In this document: positions 54,913 through 56,024 of the stretch, piece after piece
Numbering within the stretch: the stretch's first letter is position 1
How the letters are laid out: each line of letters begins with the position of its first letter
Source: Coriobacteriales bacterium
GTDB taxonomy: Bacteria > Actinomycetota > Coriobacteriia > Coriobacteriales > UBA8131
DNA length: 56,024 bases
NCBI GenBank assembly: GCA_031263025.1
Contig: JAISGO010000046.1
Coordinates: 1 to 56,024, forward strand
Reading direction: 5' to 3'
Position numbers and translations under genes: made by a program
Notes under the pieces: generated by a model
Told to the model about the DNA's origin: nothing
The model's database searches: none
What the model saw: only the letters and a program-made list of their open reading frames with translations

Positions 54913-55246
54913 TTGTACAAAAGGCAGTAACGGGGGCCCTTATCTAAGCTCAGTGCAGGTTCGTCGGATCGCGGACTATACCCGGATTGACCTACCTGAG
55001 GCCAAGTTGCCCCAAATGACCACTGACCTCAATAACATCATCGAGACCCTACAGCCGATCCGTGCCTATGACCTGGAGGGGGTCGAACCGACTTTCCATC
55101 CGATTGCCGGACTTTCCAACGTGATGCGGGAAGACCAGGTCAAGCCGGGGCTGGATAAGAGCGTTGCCCTTTCAATCGCCCCCCATGTCGAGGATGGCCA
55201 GTATCGAGTGCCCTCCATTCTGGGCGACAGCGGAGCTGATGCTTGA
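54905..55246 (+). CDS. gatC: Asp/Glu-tRNA amidotransferase subunit C
   Basis: From the ATG at 54905. Reads ...VRRIADYTRIDLPEAKL...NIIETLQPI...VEPTFHP. Overlaps purE by 8 nt. Confidence 0.85.
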   Translation: MPDCTKGSNGGPYLSSVQVRRIADYTRIDLPEAKLPQMTTDLNNIIETLQPIRAYDLEGVEPTFHPIAGLSNVMREDQVKPGLDKSVALSIAPHVEDGQYRVPSILGDSGADA

Positions 55247-56024
55247 TGCGTTTCGATGAATATAAGGAGCTTTCCCTTTGTCAGATGGCGGCGGCGGTGC
55301 GAGCTAGGGAGCTTGACCCTGCTGAGCTGCGCCTTGCCGCCTTGGCTGCGATAGAGGAGTTTGACCCCAAGGTGGGTGCCCTCCTCTCACTATGCGAACT
55401 TGATTCCGAACAGGCCCAGACTCTGGATGCGCAAGGTGCAAAGTCGCTTGCCGGAGTGCCGATGGCTTTCAAGGACAACATGAACCTGATCGGTAGCCAC
55501 ACCACCTGCGCCTCGCGGATGCTGGCGGACTACCTATCGCCTTATACGGCGACCTGCGTACAGCGCTGCCTGGACGCCGGCGCCACTGCTATCGGCAAGC
55601 TCAATATGGACGAGTTCGCTTTTGGGTCATCGACTGAGACCTCGGCCTTCCATCCTACCCACAACCCCTGGGACCTCGCGCGGGTGCCGGGCGGCTCATC
55701 CGGCGGCAGCGCCGCGGCGGTGGCGGCGGGGATGCTGCCGGCGACTTTGGGTTCTGATACCGGCGGATCGATCCGTCAGCCCGCTGCTTTTTGCGGCGTG
55801 GTCGGGATGAAGCCGACTTATGGCGTGGTCTCACGTTATGGGGTGGTGGCCTTTGGATCCTCACTTGACCAGGTCGGGCCTTTTGCGCGCAGCGTGGCCG
55901 ACGTGGCGACAGTGCTTGATGCGATCAGTGGGCGCGACCCCCTGGACTGCACCTCACAGCCGGTCGCCCAGCATTTCGCCGATTATGTCCAACGTGGCGT
56001 GGAGGGGATGCGCATCGGGGTGGT
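55246..56024 (+). CDS. gatA: Asp/Glu-tRNA amidotransferase subunit A; 3' end cut by the window edge
   Basis: The ATG overlaps the gatC TGA (TGATG). Hand translation: MRFDEYKELS...GVPMAFKDN...GGSSGGSAAAVAAG...GSDTGGSIRQPAAFCG (amidase signature). Confidence 0.95.
   Translation, partial: MRFDEYKELSLCQMAAAVRARELDPAELRLAALAAIEEFDPKVGALLSLCELDSEQAQTLDAQGAKSLAGVPMAFKDNMNLIGSHTTCASRMLADYLSPYTATCVQRCLDAGATAIGKLNMDEFAFGSSTETSAFHPTHNPWDLARVPGGSSGGSAAAVAAGMLPATLGSDTGGSIRQPAAFCGVVGMKPTYGVVSRYGVVAFGSSLDQVGPFARSVADVATVLDAISGRDPLDCTSQPVAQHFADYVQRGVEGMRIGV

Overview
This 56-kb window comes from a high-GC Gram-positive anaerobe and spans the chromosomal replication origin. Gene content and the TATAAT-N6-ATG leaderless starts suggest an actinobacterium of the Coriobacteriia type, but that is inference only. 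Gene orientation flips at about 29.0-29.3 kb. To the left, on the minus strand, lie parB-parA-HIT-rsmG-jag-yidC-yidD-rnpA-rpmH. To the right, on the plus strand, lie an extra GHKL/wHTH gene, dnaA, dnaN, a DUF721-like gene, tRNA-Ser, tadA, hypE, SRP RNA, two polysaccharide deacetylases and uvrB.

The left flank (1-24 kb) carries an ECF transporter module, murI, lepB, rubrerythrin, an NlpC/P60 hydrolase, veg and fabD. It also carries a teichoic-acid-like cell-wall glycopolymer cluster (priming sugar transferase, secreted Zn-phospholipase-C-like protein, three TagF/TagB-like glycerophosphotransferases, GT2). A membrane-bound group-1-type [NiFe] hydrogenase operon (small, large, cytochrome b) follows, then a GT2-like gene plus degenerate receiver pair, era and an rlmD-like methyltransferase.

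The right flank (39-56 kb) is housekeeping: tRNA-Ala, tRNA-Lys, HAD, nnrD, thrS, trkH, a PHP phosphatase, dapF, lysS, clpC, ispDF, an XRE regulator, purE and gatCA.

The observations most worth following up:
- A SpoIIAB/RsbW-like GHKL ATPase fused to a winged-helix domain sits inside the origin, and its 3' end overlaps the dnaA start.
- The origin looks bipartite and is built from a non-canonical repeated 9-mer, (A/T)A(A/T)CTCACA.
- A roughly 10-kb GC trough is centred on oriC, and its left edge falls inside parB.
- Two perfect parS-like palindromes bracket the HIT gene.
- A mosaic hairpin-forming repeat family occupies five intergenic regions, including a 620-bp repeat-dense non-coding region with a candidate sRNA carrying a CU-rich loop.

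I saw no CRISPR array, transposase, integrase or recognisable defence genes.
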